Below, one piece after another: positions 26,235 to 39,472 of a stretch of 64,000 nt of DNA (positions are counted from its first letter, which is position 1; each line of letters opens with the position of its first letter). The position numbers and the translations under genes are program-made. The notes under the pieces are model-generated. The model made no database searches. It saw nothing but the letters and a program-made list of their open reading frames with translations, and was not told where the DNA came from. This DNA comes from Chlorokybus atmophyticus (Eukaryota > Plantae > Mesostigma and Chlorokybus algae): assembly GCA_009103225.1 (NCBI GenBank), contig RHPI01000277.1, positions 327,548 through 391,547 of the forward strand, given 5' to 3'.

Positions 26235-29200
26235 ATGGCGGCGGCGACGGCGGGGTTGGTGTCCGCTGGCCCGCCAGTTTGTTCCGCCAACGAGTTGCAC
26301 GGGCGTGATAGCTTCTTGTCGGGCGGGGGGTTGAAGAGACTGCAGCACAGGCATTTGCCTGCTGCTCTCTGCAGCGGCACAAGTCGGGCAGGCTCGCCCT
26401 CCACAGCTTGGCCTGGCGTGGTATGGCCCGGGCCAGGCAGGCCCAGGCTGGGGGGTTACAGGTCTGTCACGACGTGTATGGCGCAGGCGCCGCCTGCGCC
26501 TCCGCCAGCGAGCTCATCGGATGCTGAACAGCGGAGTGCTGCGCTGGCGCCCATGAAGCACAGTGACCACGCACCTGTAAAGAAGGTGAGCTATGCGTTG
26601 TGTGTGGACACTTTCATCATTTCGACAATTACTTGGGTTGACAAACTTGCTCTGCGTGCCAATTGCGGGGCCTGGGATGATCGCGCACACATTCGCATAA
26701 CTTGTAGGGTGGTTGCAAGCTTGTAACACACAACTACTAGTTGTTTGTATGGCACACATGATGAACAAATCTGTGTCTCAAATTAGGGCGCTGTCCGGCC
26801 TCATAGAACTTGAATGCTTGTTCAATTGGTGTACACTCTCCCGAGTCAGTGACTGAAACTGCGCATTGTAGCTGCACTGTACTCTTTCACACAATTGACC
26901 TCAGAGCAACTTCTAACCCTGATTGTCATCCATCACCCTACTCGTCATCACGCAGGTCCCAGTTGACCGCATTCGCAACTTTTCCATCATCGCCCACATC
27001 GACCACGGCAAGTCCACATTAGCGGATACTCTCCTAATGCGCACCGGTACAGTCGCCGACCGCGACATGAAGGCTCAGTTCCTTGACGGGATGGATCTCG
27101 AGCGCGAGCGGGGGATCACCATCAAATTGCAGGCGGCCAGGATGAGGTATACGGCCAGGGATGGACTGGAGTATGCGCTGAATCTGATTGATACGCCGGG
27201 GCATGTGGACTTCTCCTATGAGGTGTGTGAGACTTGGTAGTGAGCCTTGATACATGTAAACTGGACCGTATATGTTGTACATTGTTTTCGTATCCACACG
27301 CATAAGCAGAGGTCTAGTTGTGTTTTTCCCAGGAGCACTCGAATTTCTTCAGGACTATGTTGTTGTGTTAATTGGTTATCTATTATTTGGATATGGACCT
27401 TTGATTTGAGACATGTGTCAATTGGTTTTTACTCACCTGGATGCAAGTCAAGTGTGAATGCTTGATGAAACTCGCGTGTTTGTGACAGTAGGTTTCCAGG
27501 TCATTAGCAGCCTGTGAGGGTGCGTTGCTCGTTGTCGACGCGTCGCAAGGCGTGGAGGCACAAACGCTCGCTAACGTGTACCTGGCGCTCGAGAACAACC
27601 TGGAGATTTTGCCAGTTCTCAACAAAATTGACTTGCCAGGTGAGCAGTTATATATCGTATTTAATGTCTGTACAACAGCAACCGTTTTCAGTGTATTCTC
27701 AGTGTATTGATGCAGGTAAGAGTAAATAGAAAAAAAGGGAAAAAGAAGTGCGGAAGAGGTGATAAAAGTTGTGGAGTGCATTGTCTTGATATGTGGGTTA
27801 ATCGTCAGGTGCTGAACCGGAACGAGTTCGTAACGAGGTCGAGGAGATTGTTGGTTTGGACTGCAGCCAGGCTCTTCTTTGTTCAGCCAAGCAGGGCATT
27901 GGCATGGACGACATCCTTGAAGCAATTGTGCAAAGGATTCCGCCGCCGGTGGACACGACAGCCAAGCCTCTGCGCGCGCTCATCTTTGACAGCTATTATG
28001 ACAGCTACAGGGGGGTTGTGGTATACTTCAGAGTCATGGATGGCAAAGTGCGCCGCGGGGATAAGGTGCACAACAGTGAAACACTACTGCTATTATGATA
28101 ACTCATCATAATGATTGTTATTGTCATAACCAGCATTGCTGTAACTCATTGTCATTACAGTTGTTCGGTATTAAGTGTAGGTAGCTTTGGTCGTTTGGTA
28201 TGGCAGACACCAACCCGAGGTTGCGGTTCATTGCTGAATGTTTGGTTTCACAGATCAAGTTGATGGCTAGCAAGAAGGAGTTTGAGATTGACCAGCTGGG
28301 TGTGCTGGCACCCAAAGAAGTTCAAGTCGATGAGCTAGTGGCCGGTGAGGTGAGCAGAAGTTATTTGCTCAATCACATCCAGATTGCCCCGCTTGTAACA
28401 CAATCCCTTACATTCACTCCAACTCAACGCTTTTTGAGTACTGCGAGCCCACACCTTCATTTGTTTGCTTGTGTAGGTGGGCTATTTTTCAGCAGCTATT
28501 AAGTCTGTTGCAGATGCGCGCGTTGGTGACACGCTGACCAGCGTTTCGCGTCCTGCCACCGAAGCACTGCCTGGTTACGTGGAAGCGAAGCCCATGGTCT
28601 TCTGTGGACTGTTCCCTATCGACGCAAATCAGTTCAACGACTTGCGGGAGGCGCTAGAAAAGCTGCAAGTAAGGGGGTTGGGTTAATATTATTGTTATGC
28701 ATCAATTATACTCATCTTACTATATATTATGTTACTCTATCACATGCCATATGGTACTTCTGTGTGTTATTCTGTTACACAAGCTACACATGCACACATC
28801 ATATATCAGCGCGTGTGAATTTGCTTCTGCAGTTGCTTCTCTACTGGCATTGTATCAGGAATTGGTTTGCAAACCGGTAATAACAGCGTTGTTATTGCTA
28901 CAGCTCAATGACGCTGCCCTTAAGTTTGAGCCGGAGTCGTCCAGTGCCATGGGTTTCGGGTTTCGCTGCGGCTTCTTGGGTCTGCTGCACATGGAGATTG
29001 TGCAGGAAAGGCTGGAGAGGGAGTACAATTTGGAGCTCATCACCACTGCACCCTCAGTTGTGTATCAGGTAAGTCGCATTATGGTTCAGAAATGTTTTCC
29101 TGCGTTCTCCTGTGCAGAGGCAGCTGCTTGTTAGCAGTGAAGCCTGCATTTACAGCCAGTAGCTCTTTGCAATTTGAACTACTGGCGAAGTAGTTCAAGT

Positions 29201-30479
29201 ACAACAAGCTCCAACATTATAGCTTCAGATAGCTTAAGACTGCATGACATGACAGGTTTGTTTACTTGTGTTACAGGTGTATACTACCGATAAGCAGATA
29301 GTCAAAGTGGACAACCCTGCCAACCTGCCACCCCCTGCTAAACGCCTGCATATAGAGGAGCCATACGTGCGCCTTGACATGATTACCCCAAAGGTGTGTC
29401 ATCAAGTCACGTCAGTCATGTGTTGATGTCGATATGCTGTACTCTTTAGGTTAAAACAAGTCATGCCTATCATGCGTTGCAAGCAGCGCAGAAGCCAAAC
29501 ATTGTCATGCACATCATCCTGGGGCGTTAATCACATGAACTGTCTGAGCTGCAGGACTACATTGGCACTTTGATGGAGCTTGCGCAAGTAAGGAGAGGTG
29601 ACTTTGTGGAGATGAAGTACATTACGGAGTCGCGCGTCGTGTTGTCCTATGACCTGCCTCTCGCTGAGGTGGTGACGGACTTCTTCGATCAGATGAAGTC
29701 CAGGAGTAAAGGATACGCTAGCATGGAGTACGGGTTGAACGGCTACCGGCAAAACAGGTTGGTCAAGCTGGACATCCTTATCAACAATGAGATGGTGGAC
29801 CCGCTCGCTGCCATTGTCCATGAGGTACTGCAGGCAGAGGTTAAGTATAACTTTGCTTGCTTATATGGCTGCTGAGTGTTTGCTGAGGCTTTTGTGCGGC
29901 TGCTACAGGACAAGGCCTACTCTGTTGGCAAAGCGCTCACATCCAAGCTGAAAGAGTTGATCCCAAGGCAGATGTTCAAAATTCCAATTCAGGTCAGTCC
30001 CTCACAGCTACTGTACGCTGCATGGTCGAGCAGTGGTTTGTCGCAGGCTGTCACGTTCACTTTGGTATCACATCACTGTTCAAACAGTGATGTGATACTA
30101 CAGACAAGTGGTGAGGTGTAGTATGTCATGTTTCAATTTTGCTAGTGGCTATTACTGTGTTGGATTACTACTGTTAATATCACCTTTAACACCATATCAC
30201 ATGACTTGTCATAATTATGGTGTCTTGCAAGCAGCCTTGTACTTACTTTCTGGATTCGCCATGCAGGCTGCCATTGGCACGCGTGTGATTGCCAGCGACA
30301 GCTTATCAGCCATGCGGAAGGATGTGCTTGCCAAGTGCTATGGCGGAGATATCTCCAGGAAGAAGAAGCTGTTGAAGAAGCAGGCTGAGGGCAAGAAGAG
30401 GCTCAAGTCTTTGGGCAAGGTGGATGTGCCGCAAGAAGCATTCATGGCAGTCCTGAGACTAGAGAAGGAAGTCATGTAG
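26235..30479 (+). CDS. lepA: Translation factor LepA/EF4 (GUF1 homolog), plastid type, multi-exon with N-terminal transit peptide
   Basis: [116 protein letters not shown], ending EKEVM-TAG 30477-30479; GT-AG introns. Confidence 0.96.
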
Positions 30480-31269
30480 GTCCATAGCCTTGCTGTGCAA
30501 GTGTTTAGACATATGGTGTAATGTAGCATAACATAATATGTATGCGCGGCAACTTGCTACAACTGGTGCATTTGATCCGGTCACAAGCAGGCTGGGTGGT
30601 TGGCATGCAACGGAAGTGTTGCGCACGTTGACTCTCGGGGATGGTGTTGCAACATGTGTTGACACTGCCGTGCAAATGCAGCTTAATATATTCCTACTGC
30701 AGATACTCCACAGGCATCGTTTACCACACATCTGTTGTACAACACCATGGCTGGTTCATGCCATGTTGTACATATCGTCCATTGTCGGTGCTGTGTTGTT
30801 CACATACATAACTTACATGAGAGCTGCGCGATGCACGCGCAGAGAATGCATTGTGCTAGCACTCCATGCCCTGGTTGGTGCGGCCATCCCATGCCAGAGG
30901 CCAGTCCAGTCCGCTCATGCAGTTGAGGTAAGCGGCTGGCTACCCTATGTTACGGCATAGGGCGTGCATGTCACCGTGCTATGGTGTGGTGTGGTGTGGA
31001 TAGTTGGGTGCTTGATCGGGAGCACCCTGCAGGTGTAGTTGCCTAGTTGATAGCGAGAGTTGGTGCCCACCCCACTAGCCATGCATAGCAATGCACAAGA
31101 CGAAGTCACAAGTGAAAGTACATGGGGAGCAGCGAAGTCTGCCCGTGTCATCAAATGTCATCAAATTGACAGGACGGCAGTAGGAGGCTGGCGGAGATGG
31201 CGGCGGGGGTGTGGGTGAAGCGGGAGGAGGAGTCCGTTGAGTCCTGCTGCTGGTGTGGCCGCTGCTGCT

Positions 31270-34100
31270 GCAAGAAGGCCGCTGACCAAGGCGCATGTGC
31301 AGGTGACGCACGCATGCATGCATGCATGCATGCGTGCATGTCCAATGGATATGGGCAGTAGAGAAGGTAGGTAGCAGCTAGGTTAGCAGCCCGGTGGTAA
31401 ATGAGAGTGCTTTATAGTGTGGTGAGTAGACTGCTCATGCATGTGTGTGTCACACTCTCATGCATGCCACAATCCTTGCATTCTATAAATTACACACACA
31501 GAGCAGGCCGCACAGCAAGCAAACAAGACTTAGATTCTGGTGGGGGCCAAGACAGAGCTTACAGCTTACACAACTACCTTAACAACCACAACAACTACAA
31601 TACCCTCAGGCAGCAACAAGCAAGGGAAGCGGCAAGACGACAGCATGATTACCACCTGCAGAGCGCAGCAGGGCAGGAGAGGAGAGGTTAGGCCGGGCTT
31701 GGGCAGACTTCAGCATGCATCTCATGCATCTCTGTGTGTGGGTGCGCTGGCCTGTGAGTGTGGTTGCCTTGCGTAGCAGTGCATGTTGTACAGAAAATGC
31801 GAGAGGGGTATGTGCTGGTTGTATTCAGGCTCGGGGCTAGGTTAGCGTGCACGCACTTGGCTACTGCATGTGCATGCAAGCGGCTCATTCATGTTTCAGA
31901 CGGATTGGCGCCCGGAGGAGAAAAGGGTGTTGAGGGCGCACTGGCAGTTGCAGCTTGCCTGTCATCCGCAAATGCCGAGCAAAGGTTGCAAGTGTTTGAC
32001 CCAATGCTCCGTTGCTCAGTCCCACTGTTGATCATCATGTCATTTATGCCATGTACTCTCTGACTGGTAGTATGGTGACCTATGTGGGGACCAACGAACA
32101 CTACCGCTTTTTAGAGGCTCAAACAGCACTACCAGGCAGGGTCTAGTGCTGCTGCTACACCACTGCAATTGAGGATGGTGTGAGAGGGGTTGGAGTACGT
32201 CAGTCCCGTGCCTTACGTGGACGATCTGACTTGGGAGACGAGCTGCACGTCTCCAAGGAGAAAGATTGGATTAAGCACTTGTCCTCTTATGCCCCCCCGT
32301 GGTCTCTATCAAGAAAAGCAGCAGTGCAAACGCATTTCGCACAGCATACAGTAGGGCACGAGTGTCTATGTCTGCACGTGCATTGCCATATAGACAAGGC
32401 AATCCCCATGCATATCCCGCACGCTGTTTTATATATAGGGATGATGGTAGGAATTTGAGGCATATGCAAGCACGAATGGTTGCGAGCAAGTTCGTGTACC
32501 AGGATTTGCTGACTTACACAAAACGCAACTTAAACCGTATGTTGAATCTTCTGAGCAGGACAGCACTTCCGACGTTGTTGCTGGATCCAAGGCAAAGGTC
32601 AATCACATGCGTGCTCACCAGGGCACTGAAGTTCTACCCCATAGGACGAGCACCAACGCCACAACGTAGAGTACTGGTGACCTCTGCTTTTATAAAGTCC
32701 TCCATCTGACCGCTTGAACTTGCAAGCTTGCCTAACAACCGCAGCTGTGCAAGCTGCCATTCCTCAACGACCGCAACGCCATTGGAAGGACCCAATGGTC
32801 GTTTGGAAGTACAGTCAGACGCTGGGGGAGGCTTGCATCAACCGCACTACGTTGGTTACCAAGACTACGGTGCAGTCACAAGATGTGTTGCTGATGTATT
32901 CATGTTTGTGTGAACATGCACAGTACTAGCCGTTTGTGCATCCGGACATACATCATGTGCTCATATGTGATTAGCGTGTCATTGGTTTAAAACCGAGCAC
33001 CTGCAGTGGCTACAGTGCAGGACTCAATGTTGGCAGTATGTAAAGGGGTATGCCGGTTTGCGGAAGCAATGGAAGAGCGTAAACACCAGCCAGGTTTGAT
33101 GGCACAGTGGACTGCTGCTGTGATTGCTGAGGTGAGTGCCACATCTGCAGTGTTGCAAGCAGAGGCAATTCCTGCATTGTTGCCGTATGGTATGATAGAA
33201 ACTGCCTGAAAGACTTGCAGCACACTATGGTGATGACGCAGGTTGACAAGCGCGGGGGAACCTTAGCAGTCGTGTGTAAAACCTATCACATAACTTGCTT
33301 GCGTGCAGAGTTGGCTACACCGACATACTTGCTGTGTCCGCAAACTACAGAGGACATCATCAACATACACCGGAACTACAACCATCAACACGGGTTGCAG
33401 TTCAACAAACAGGGAGAGCCAACTCGCTTGCCGCACTTGTATATGAGTATCAAACATCATAAAGACCCTTCTAAGCCGCGTTTCATAGCTGCAGCATGCT
33501 GCACTACACTTGCTGATGCATATATTCCGCCAACACGTTCATACAAGGGTATGGCAGATGTTGCTAATCAGTTGTGGAGTGAGTCCTTGGAGGAGGCCAT
33601 GCCTTGCTGGATAATGAAGGACTCCTTTGCTTTCACTAAGGTTGCAAGCGGCCTTCAACTCGGCAGGAACCCCCCAGCAAAAGCGTGAGCATTTGTGGTT
33701 ACAGTCCTTTGACTTCAGACGCCGCAGGTGGGGTTGGCAACAAGGGTGTACAACAAGCTCAATACAGCCCCGTTCAGATTTGTCCCAAGGCGCCGTGCAC
33801 CACACCCGGACAGCTACATTTCAGCTAACGCCAAGCTGGGGGTGGTAGTCTCACAGCTTGTGCGTTTTAAGCGCATTTGCACATTGCAAGAACACTTCTT
33901 GGATGCTATGGTACAGTTGCTCAGAGACATGCAACGTGATGGCTATGCTATGTTTGAACTTTTGTCCAAGCTCAGGTCCAAGATGTTCAGACTGACAGGC
34001 GAAGCCTACGGAGTGGACTACCACAGGTTGTACGCGTAAGTTGCGCGAAGGTGTACAACACCGGCATAGGTGAGTAAGGTAAGTAGGTAAGTATCTGCAT
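31270..34100 (+). mobile_element. Second Penelope-like element (PLE-2), more decayed, with an internal deletion of the RT core
   Basis: VDHHVIYAMYSLTGSMVTYVG (about 32026-32090) matches the PLE-1 GIY-YIG. VDKRGGTLAVVCK, HKDPSKPRFIAAA, LQSFDF and KLGVVVSQLVRF match the PLE-1 RT. No YIDD motif is present. Confidence 0.8.
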
Positions 34101-34192
34101 GCACTTGCGCGGGGAGCAATGGTCATGGCATCGCCCGCGCATGCACTGTTTGGATGCCTGCCTGCTGTGCGTGACTAACATGCCTAATGTGA

Positions 34193-34345
34193 CTGTGGGT
34201 GCTAAGTACTGTGACTGACTGTGGGTGCTAGGTGCTGTGACTAACTTTGGGTCCTGAGTGCTGTGAGTGCTGCGGGTGCTAAGTACTGTCACTGATGTGG
34301 GTGCTGAGTGCTGGGACTAACTGTGGGTGCTGAGTGCGGAGACTA
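34193..34345. repeat. ~26-bp imperfect minisatellite, about 6 copies
   Basis: Consensus CTGTGGGTGCTRAGTRCTGTGACTRA at about 34193, 34219, 34245, 34270, 34296 and 34321. Confidence 0.85.
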
Positions 34346-35106
34346 GTTGTGCAACTGTGGAGTGCGGAGTGCGGAGTGCTGGCTGCTGAGTCACGCCGTC
34401 GAGAACGCGCTACAGTGCCAATGAAAGCGCGAGAGACTGCCTGCAGCCGATCTGGGGTTTGACCACAACATACTACGACCACACAAGAGAGGCAACCGTG
34501 TCGGCGCTGCCATTACACAGCACAGCATCGCATGTCACACCCGCTCTGACCCGCCCCGCTCTTGACGCTGCCTCTGCTTGCCTCTGCTGCTGCTGCTGCT
34601 GTTATAGGGCCACACTACCGGCACTAAATTCTAGCCTTGCTTGCACAGGTCCGAAGCCTTGCCCTTGCGTTGCCCGTGCCTGCCTGCTTCCCTACACCGC
34701 CCCGCCTCTCATTCACATACTTAGTTGCACGCATATAGTATAGGCCCCTTCGCAAGCCTTGATTGGTTGGTGTCTGATCCTTGGTGTGCTAAGCTATGTG
34801 CTGGGTGTGCTATGCTGTGTGCTTGCCTGTTTTGCATCTGTTGTAACTGATCAGCCTATGCACTTGTGAACGGACATATTACGAGTAACAAGACTTTATC
34901 GACTTCCATCATGAGGCAAGTTGCTTTTGACTTGCTGTTGCTTGGAGGGATGCCGCTCGATGCACTTCAAGAAATCGCAGGTGTGGTGATTGTTTGCATG
35001 AATGTGACACTCTCATGCATGCCACCATGCCCTGCATGCTATATGTTGTACACCGAGAACCATGATATTAAAGCCATACACGCACAATACTGACAAGTGC
35101 AGGACA

Positions 35107-36943
35107 TCAACTTGCAAGTGAAGCTTGTGCATGCCGGACAACGTCTGCCATCGGTTGTAGCCTTTGGAGCAACTGGGGTGGAAACTGTGACACTGCTTCC
35201 CGAATGTCCCAAGTAACTTTCTGGAGCCTGCCAGTGCACATGTCACAACAGCCACACAGTCAGGTCGTTGGTAGGACTCATGAGCCAACAAGCAGCTCAA
35301 AGTATGCCATCCATCCAATGTCGACTGACAGTAGTGCCATGGCATGCAGCTCGCACAAGGCTACATAAACACATAGTGTTCATGTTGCACGGTTATGCAT
35401 GTGCGCAACAGCACTTAACATATCTTGTACACTACTTACCATTGCCGATGGAAGTCGCTCAACTCTGGTGTGGCTGCTGCTTGTTCCGTGATCTGTTTGA
35501 TGCTCTCAAACTGCTCTTCCACTCGCTTCTTGAAGGCGTTGGTTTCGGCACGCGTGAGATTGAGGCATTGCTGCAGTTGAAGCAGGTGTCAACATGCTTG
35601 TGTACAAGATATGCAGCGGGCATTTGTGATCACCTCAACAGGCAAGCAATTGCCATCCTCGTTGCAATGTGGAGGACACATGCAGGTCATGCAGCCAAAG
35701 CTTACGTAAAGTAGGGCTATCTGGTGGGCGATGTACTTGTGGTTCTGCAGTTTGGCATCCTCATGTAGCTGCGTGCTCATCATCACCAGCTGGTTTAGCA
35801 GTGTCACGTACGCCAAATAGTCCAACCCTGCAACGGGAGCAAAAACCTCAGAGGCTGCCTCTCACAACATACCTAACGAGATTTGTTGTCGAGATGTGTT
35901 GTGCTACATCTGGTAGGCATAAAAAGGAATAGCATGGCTCATCATCACCTGGTTGGCTGACAGCAGGAGCCTGTGTGAGTGGGTCCCCAAGAATGTATTT
36001 GGCAAACTCGGGGAACACAGTGAACATCTGTGTTGATTCCAACACTTCCTGCACAGCATCAATGCTGTCAACGCCAGTATATTACTCGTTTTCCGCACTC
36101 TCGTACGACAGCCATACAGTGGCTTGTGCTAGCACAATTGCTAAGACAAATCTGTAACGTCCTGACACACATGTCCCCGTCATGTACGTTAACCAGCTGC
36201 TTGCCACCTCTAAAGTAGCAAGTGCAGTCGATGGTGCGCGTAGCATCATACCTGTTCTGCTCTGTCGTATGATAGCAAGCGGCAGCTTGTCTCTACTTGT
36301 CGTCGCAAATGGTCAGGGACAGGCTGCCCTTGCATCTGTTGACAATAACATTGCACATGAGGCAATGACTCATGTGCATGAACAGCGCAAATGGTTGAAC
36401 TGACCTCAACACCACTGGAGGACAGCCACTCATATCGTTCGACCAGCATATTGACATAACAACTCAGCGCGATCAGAACACGCATGTCCGGCTCTTCCTT
36501 CAGCGGCTCATCCAACATCAGTTGCACTGCACATGTAACAACCAACCCAGGACTGTGAACACCATTGTGAGATAGTAACACAGTGGTCACATTCAAGTCG
36601 TCACAGGAATGACCGAGCTTACACTGACTGGGACGCAGTGTATATAAGGATGGGACACAAGTGAGGAAAATACAGCAAGCTGTAACTTACCGTAACAAAT
36701 GTAGTTCTATGTATACGTACATGTGTGATTGTATATCCGTTTGGGGGGGGGCTTCACAGGTATGGCATGCAAGCCATTGCAACCAAACCCACGCTCTGAA
36801 CAAGCTGCGACAGACTTACCGCGGTGGTCGGTTTCGAGAAAGATAGGCTGCGGGACGCACAGTGGCTTGCACCGGGCCAGCGCCGTCTGTCCTTCCAGCC
36901 CCATGGCCGACGGCGCTCCGGGGGTCACCGCCGCCGCCGACAT
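35107..36943 (-). CDS. Hypothetical protein, multi-exon, probably conserved; function unknown
   Basis: Phase-consistent GT-AG exons: LMLDEPLKEEP..SSSGVE | MQGQPV..RAEQ | EVLESTQMFTVFPEFAKYILG..QP | GLDYLAYVTLLNQL..NHKYIAHQIALLY | QCLNL..FKKRVEEQFESIK..HRQW | LQKVTWDIREAV..LAS-TGA. The 5' exons are less certain. Confidence 0.7.
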
Positions 36944-37733
36944 GGTGGACGGAAGGGGCTGAGACTACACCCACCTACAATGCTGCAGCTGCTTGCAAGC
37001 TGGAATGCGCTAGCATGCACTCAATGGGGCGGAAGAAGTGTCTGCCGTGCCTGCGAGCAGCAACCGCCGCCCCAAACCACGCACACACAAATACGCAATG
37101 CCTGCTCGGCTTTGCCGCACACAGCCAGCCAGCCAGCCAGCCAGCCAGCCACCAGCAGCTTACTGACTCCAGCAAGTTCCGTCCTATCACAACAACCTCC
37201 ACGCAGCAATCGCCAACCACCGCCCACCTCAACCACCCCGCCCACGACTACAACCGCTGCCACAGCAAAGTTTGCTCACAAGCGCGTGCATGCAGCACTG
37301 CGCCGACGATGCCACAACTGTCGACGCAGGTTTATTTTCGCAATGAGGTTTTTTGATCTGCGATTACCTGCCTGCTGGCAAGCTTACATGCTGAGGCAAG
37401 CAAGCGTCGTCAGCGGCGTGGACAGCGGCGGCGGTGGCGGAGGCATCGTCCAACACCGCAGTTACATTTGGGCTTGGGTTGTGTGCGGATGTGCGGACTT
37501 GGCTTGACAAGTTGACGCTCGTCACCTACCTCGTTGCATGCTGGTGTTTTTGCCATTGTGCTCGGCTGCTGGGTTGACTTTAACAAGCGGAAGCAAGTCC
37601 ATCGGGTGGTGAGGGTACGTATAGTCATCGTCGAAGTCCCTTTTGCTCTCGTCGTCGTTGTCATCGTCGTCGTTATTGCGGGCGGCGGGATCCGGGGCTC
37701 TGTGGCGGTAGCTTAGCAGGGGGGTGGCCAGGG

Positions 37734-39472
37734 ATGGGCCCGCAGGGGGAGTTCTCCATGTTTGACGCTCAGCGAGGGGCTCCTAGCGGGGGGAGGGGCG
37801 GCATGGGTGGTGGAGGAGGAGGGTTAGGGTTTGCGGGCGGGCCGCCTCAGCAGCAGCAGCAGCATCAGCCCATGTCCTTCGTGAACTACGACTACAACTC
37901 GGGCGCCTCCGCCGGCATGAACAACCTGTTCGGTCCGCCGCCACCGGTCGCACGCAGCTACGGCGGATTTGAGGATGAAGCGCCCTTGCTGGAAGGTAGG
38001 CGCACGACCACCATGCTGGGCTGTGCCTCTGCACGTAGACAGTTCAAGCACATGCGATTGGCGTGCCCATGCTCTATGCAATGTACATAGTCATAGTGTC
38101 CAGCAGCTGGATGGAGTTGACTCACCGTTTCAAACCACCTTGCAACTGTCTGCCTGTGTTTTGCTAGAGCTCTAGAGCGTGCTGAGTGTACTGACAGACA
38201 AGCTCTAAGCTGCATGCTGTATTTGTTGCAACATTTTTCTGAACGTCACACGGGTCATTAACAATCCTTCCAAGATAATTTGTGTGCAAGCACGGTTGGT
38301 TTTGCCATTACAGGTGAATATGTAGTTTATGTAGTCATTGTCAAATGCTGCAAGTTGGCTTTCAAGTCAGTTTATGCGTGTCAGAGCGCGTGTGCTATTG
38401 TCGCAGGACATCTAGAAGGCGACAGTTCGTGAAACAATGCGGGTGACATTGTGTATGTACTGCCTGCAGCATGTGCTGCGTGCAGCATTGCTATGCAAAT
38501 TGCTTGTACTGGTGCTCTTACGCCAAAATCAATTGTGTGCAACTTGAGCAGCTTACAGGATGTCAGGACATATCAGCCAAACCACACGTGACTGCAAGTT
38601 GTCCAGCGCAATCACACGCCACATGCTTTTGTTGTGCTGGTGTCAGATTGATGACTTGCACCGACTGTAATGTCCGAGGCATTGTTAGCATACAATACAT
38701 CTGTCACTCACTCGCTTTTTCAACTTGCAGAGCTTGGCATCAACTTTAGCCAGATCTATAGGCGCACGAAAGCCGTGCTGCACCCGCTCAAAATGGAACC
38801 ACATCTCATGGAAGATGGGGATCTGTCTGGTCCGCTGATGTTCTGCCTACTGTTTGGCGCTTGCCAGCTGCTGGTATTGTTGTTGGCTGTCTTTTGTCAG
38901 ATTTAGATTGCATGCTTTCTGAGTCTTGCATAGGCATGACAGTCCATGCACTGGACTGCATTCTGATGCGCATTTTTGCTGCAGCTGGGCAAGTTGCACT
39001 TTGGGTACATATTGGGGTGGGGTGTATTGGGTTCATTGTTGATTTATGCGCTCTTCAACCTGCTGGCGGGGCAAGGCAGTGGAGTCGACTTGTACAGATG
39101 CACAAGCGTAGCAGGATACTGCTTGCTTCCCATGGCTCTCTTTTCAAGCATCACAGCGTTGGTGCCTTTTGTTCGGTAAGAGTGACTTGCATTGCATGCA
39201 CACAAGGTGTGTAGAATTGCGTGTTGACAGCATTTCATTGAGCGGTTGCCAGATGATGTCGATTTGACTGACGTTGGTCGTGATGTTGTTTTCTGCGTGG
39301 CTTCAGGGGCTGGTTCTCAGTTGCGCTGGCGGCATTCATGGTGGGGTGGAGCTCCCGGTCTGCGTCGCTGCTATTGGTTTCTTTGGTGCCATCAAGTAGA
39401 GACCAACGGTGGCTGATAGCTTACCCATGTGCACTTGTGTATACTGCATTTGCTCTCCTAACTCTGTTCTGA
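37734..39472 (+). CDS. YIP1: YIP1-family (YIPF5/7-like) ER-Golgi membrane protein, 4 exons
   Basis: FEDEAPLLE|ELGINFSQI..DGDLSGPLMFCLLFG..|LGKLHFGYILGWG..GYCLLP..|..QRWLIAYPCALVYTAFALLTLF-TGA. Confidence 0.92.

Noticed and set aside
36040-36150. Apparent in-frame TAA inside an exon of the hypothetical gene
   Set aside because: A better acceptor (TGTGCAG|GAAGTG) places the TAA in the intron and keeps the phase.
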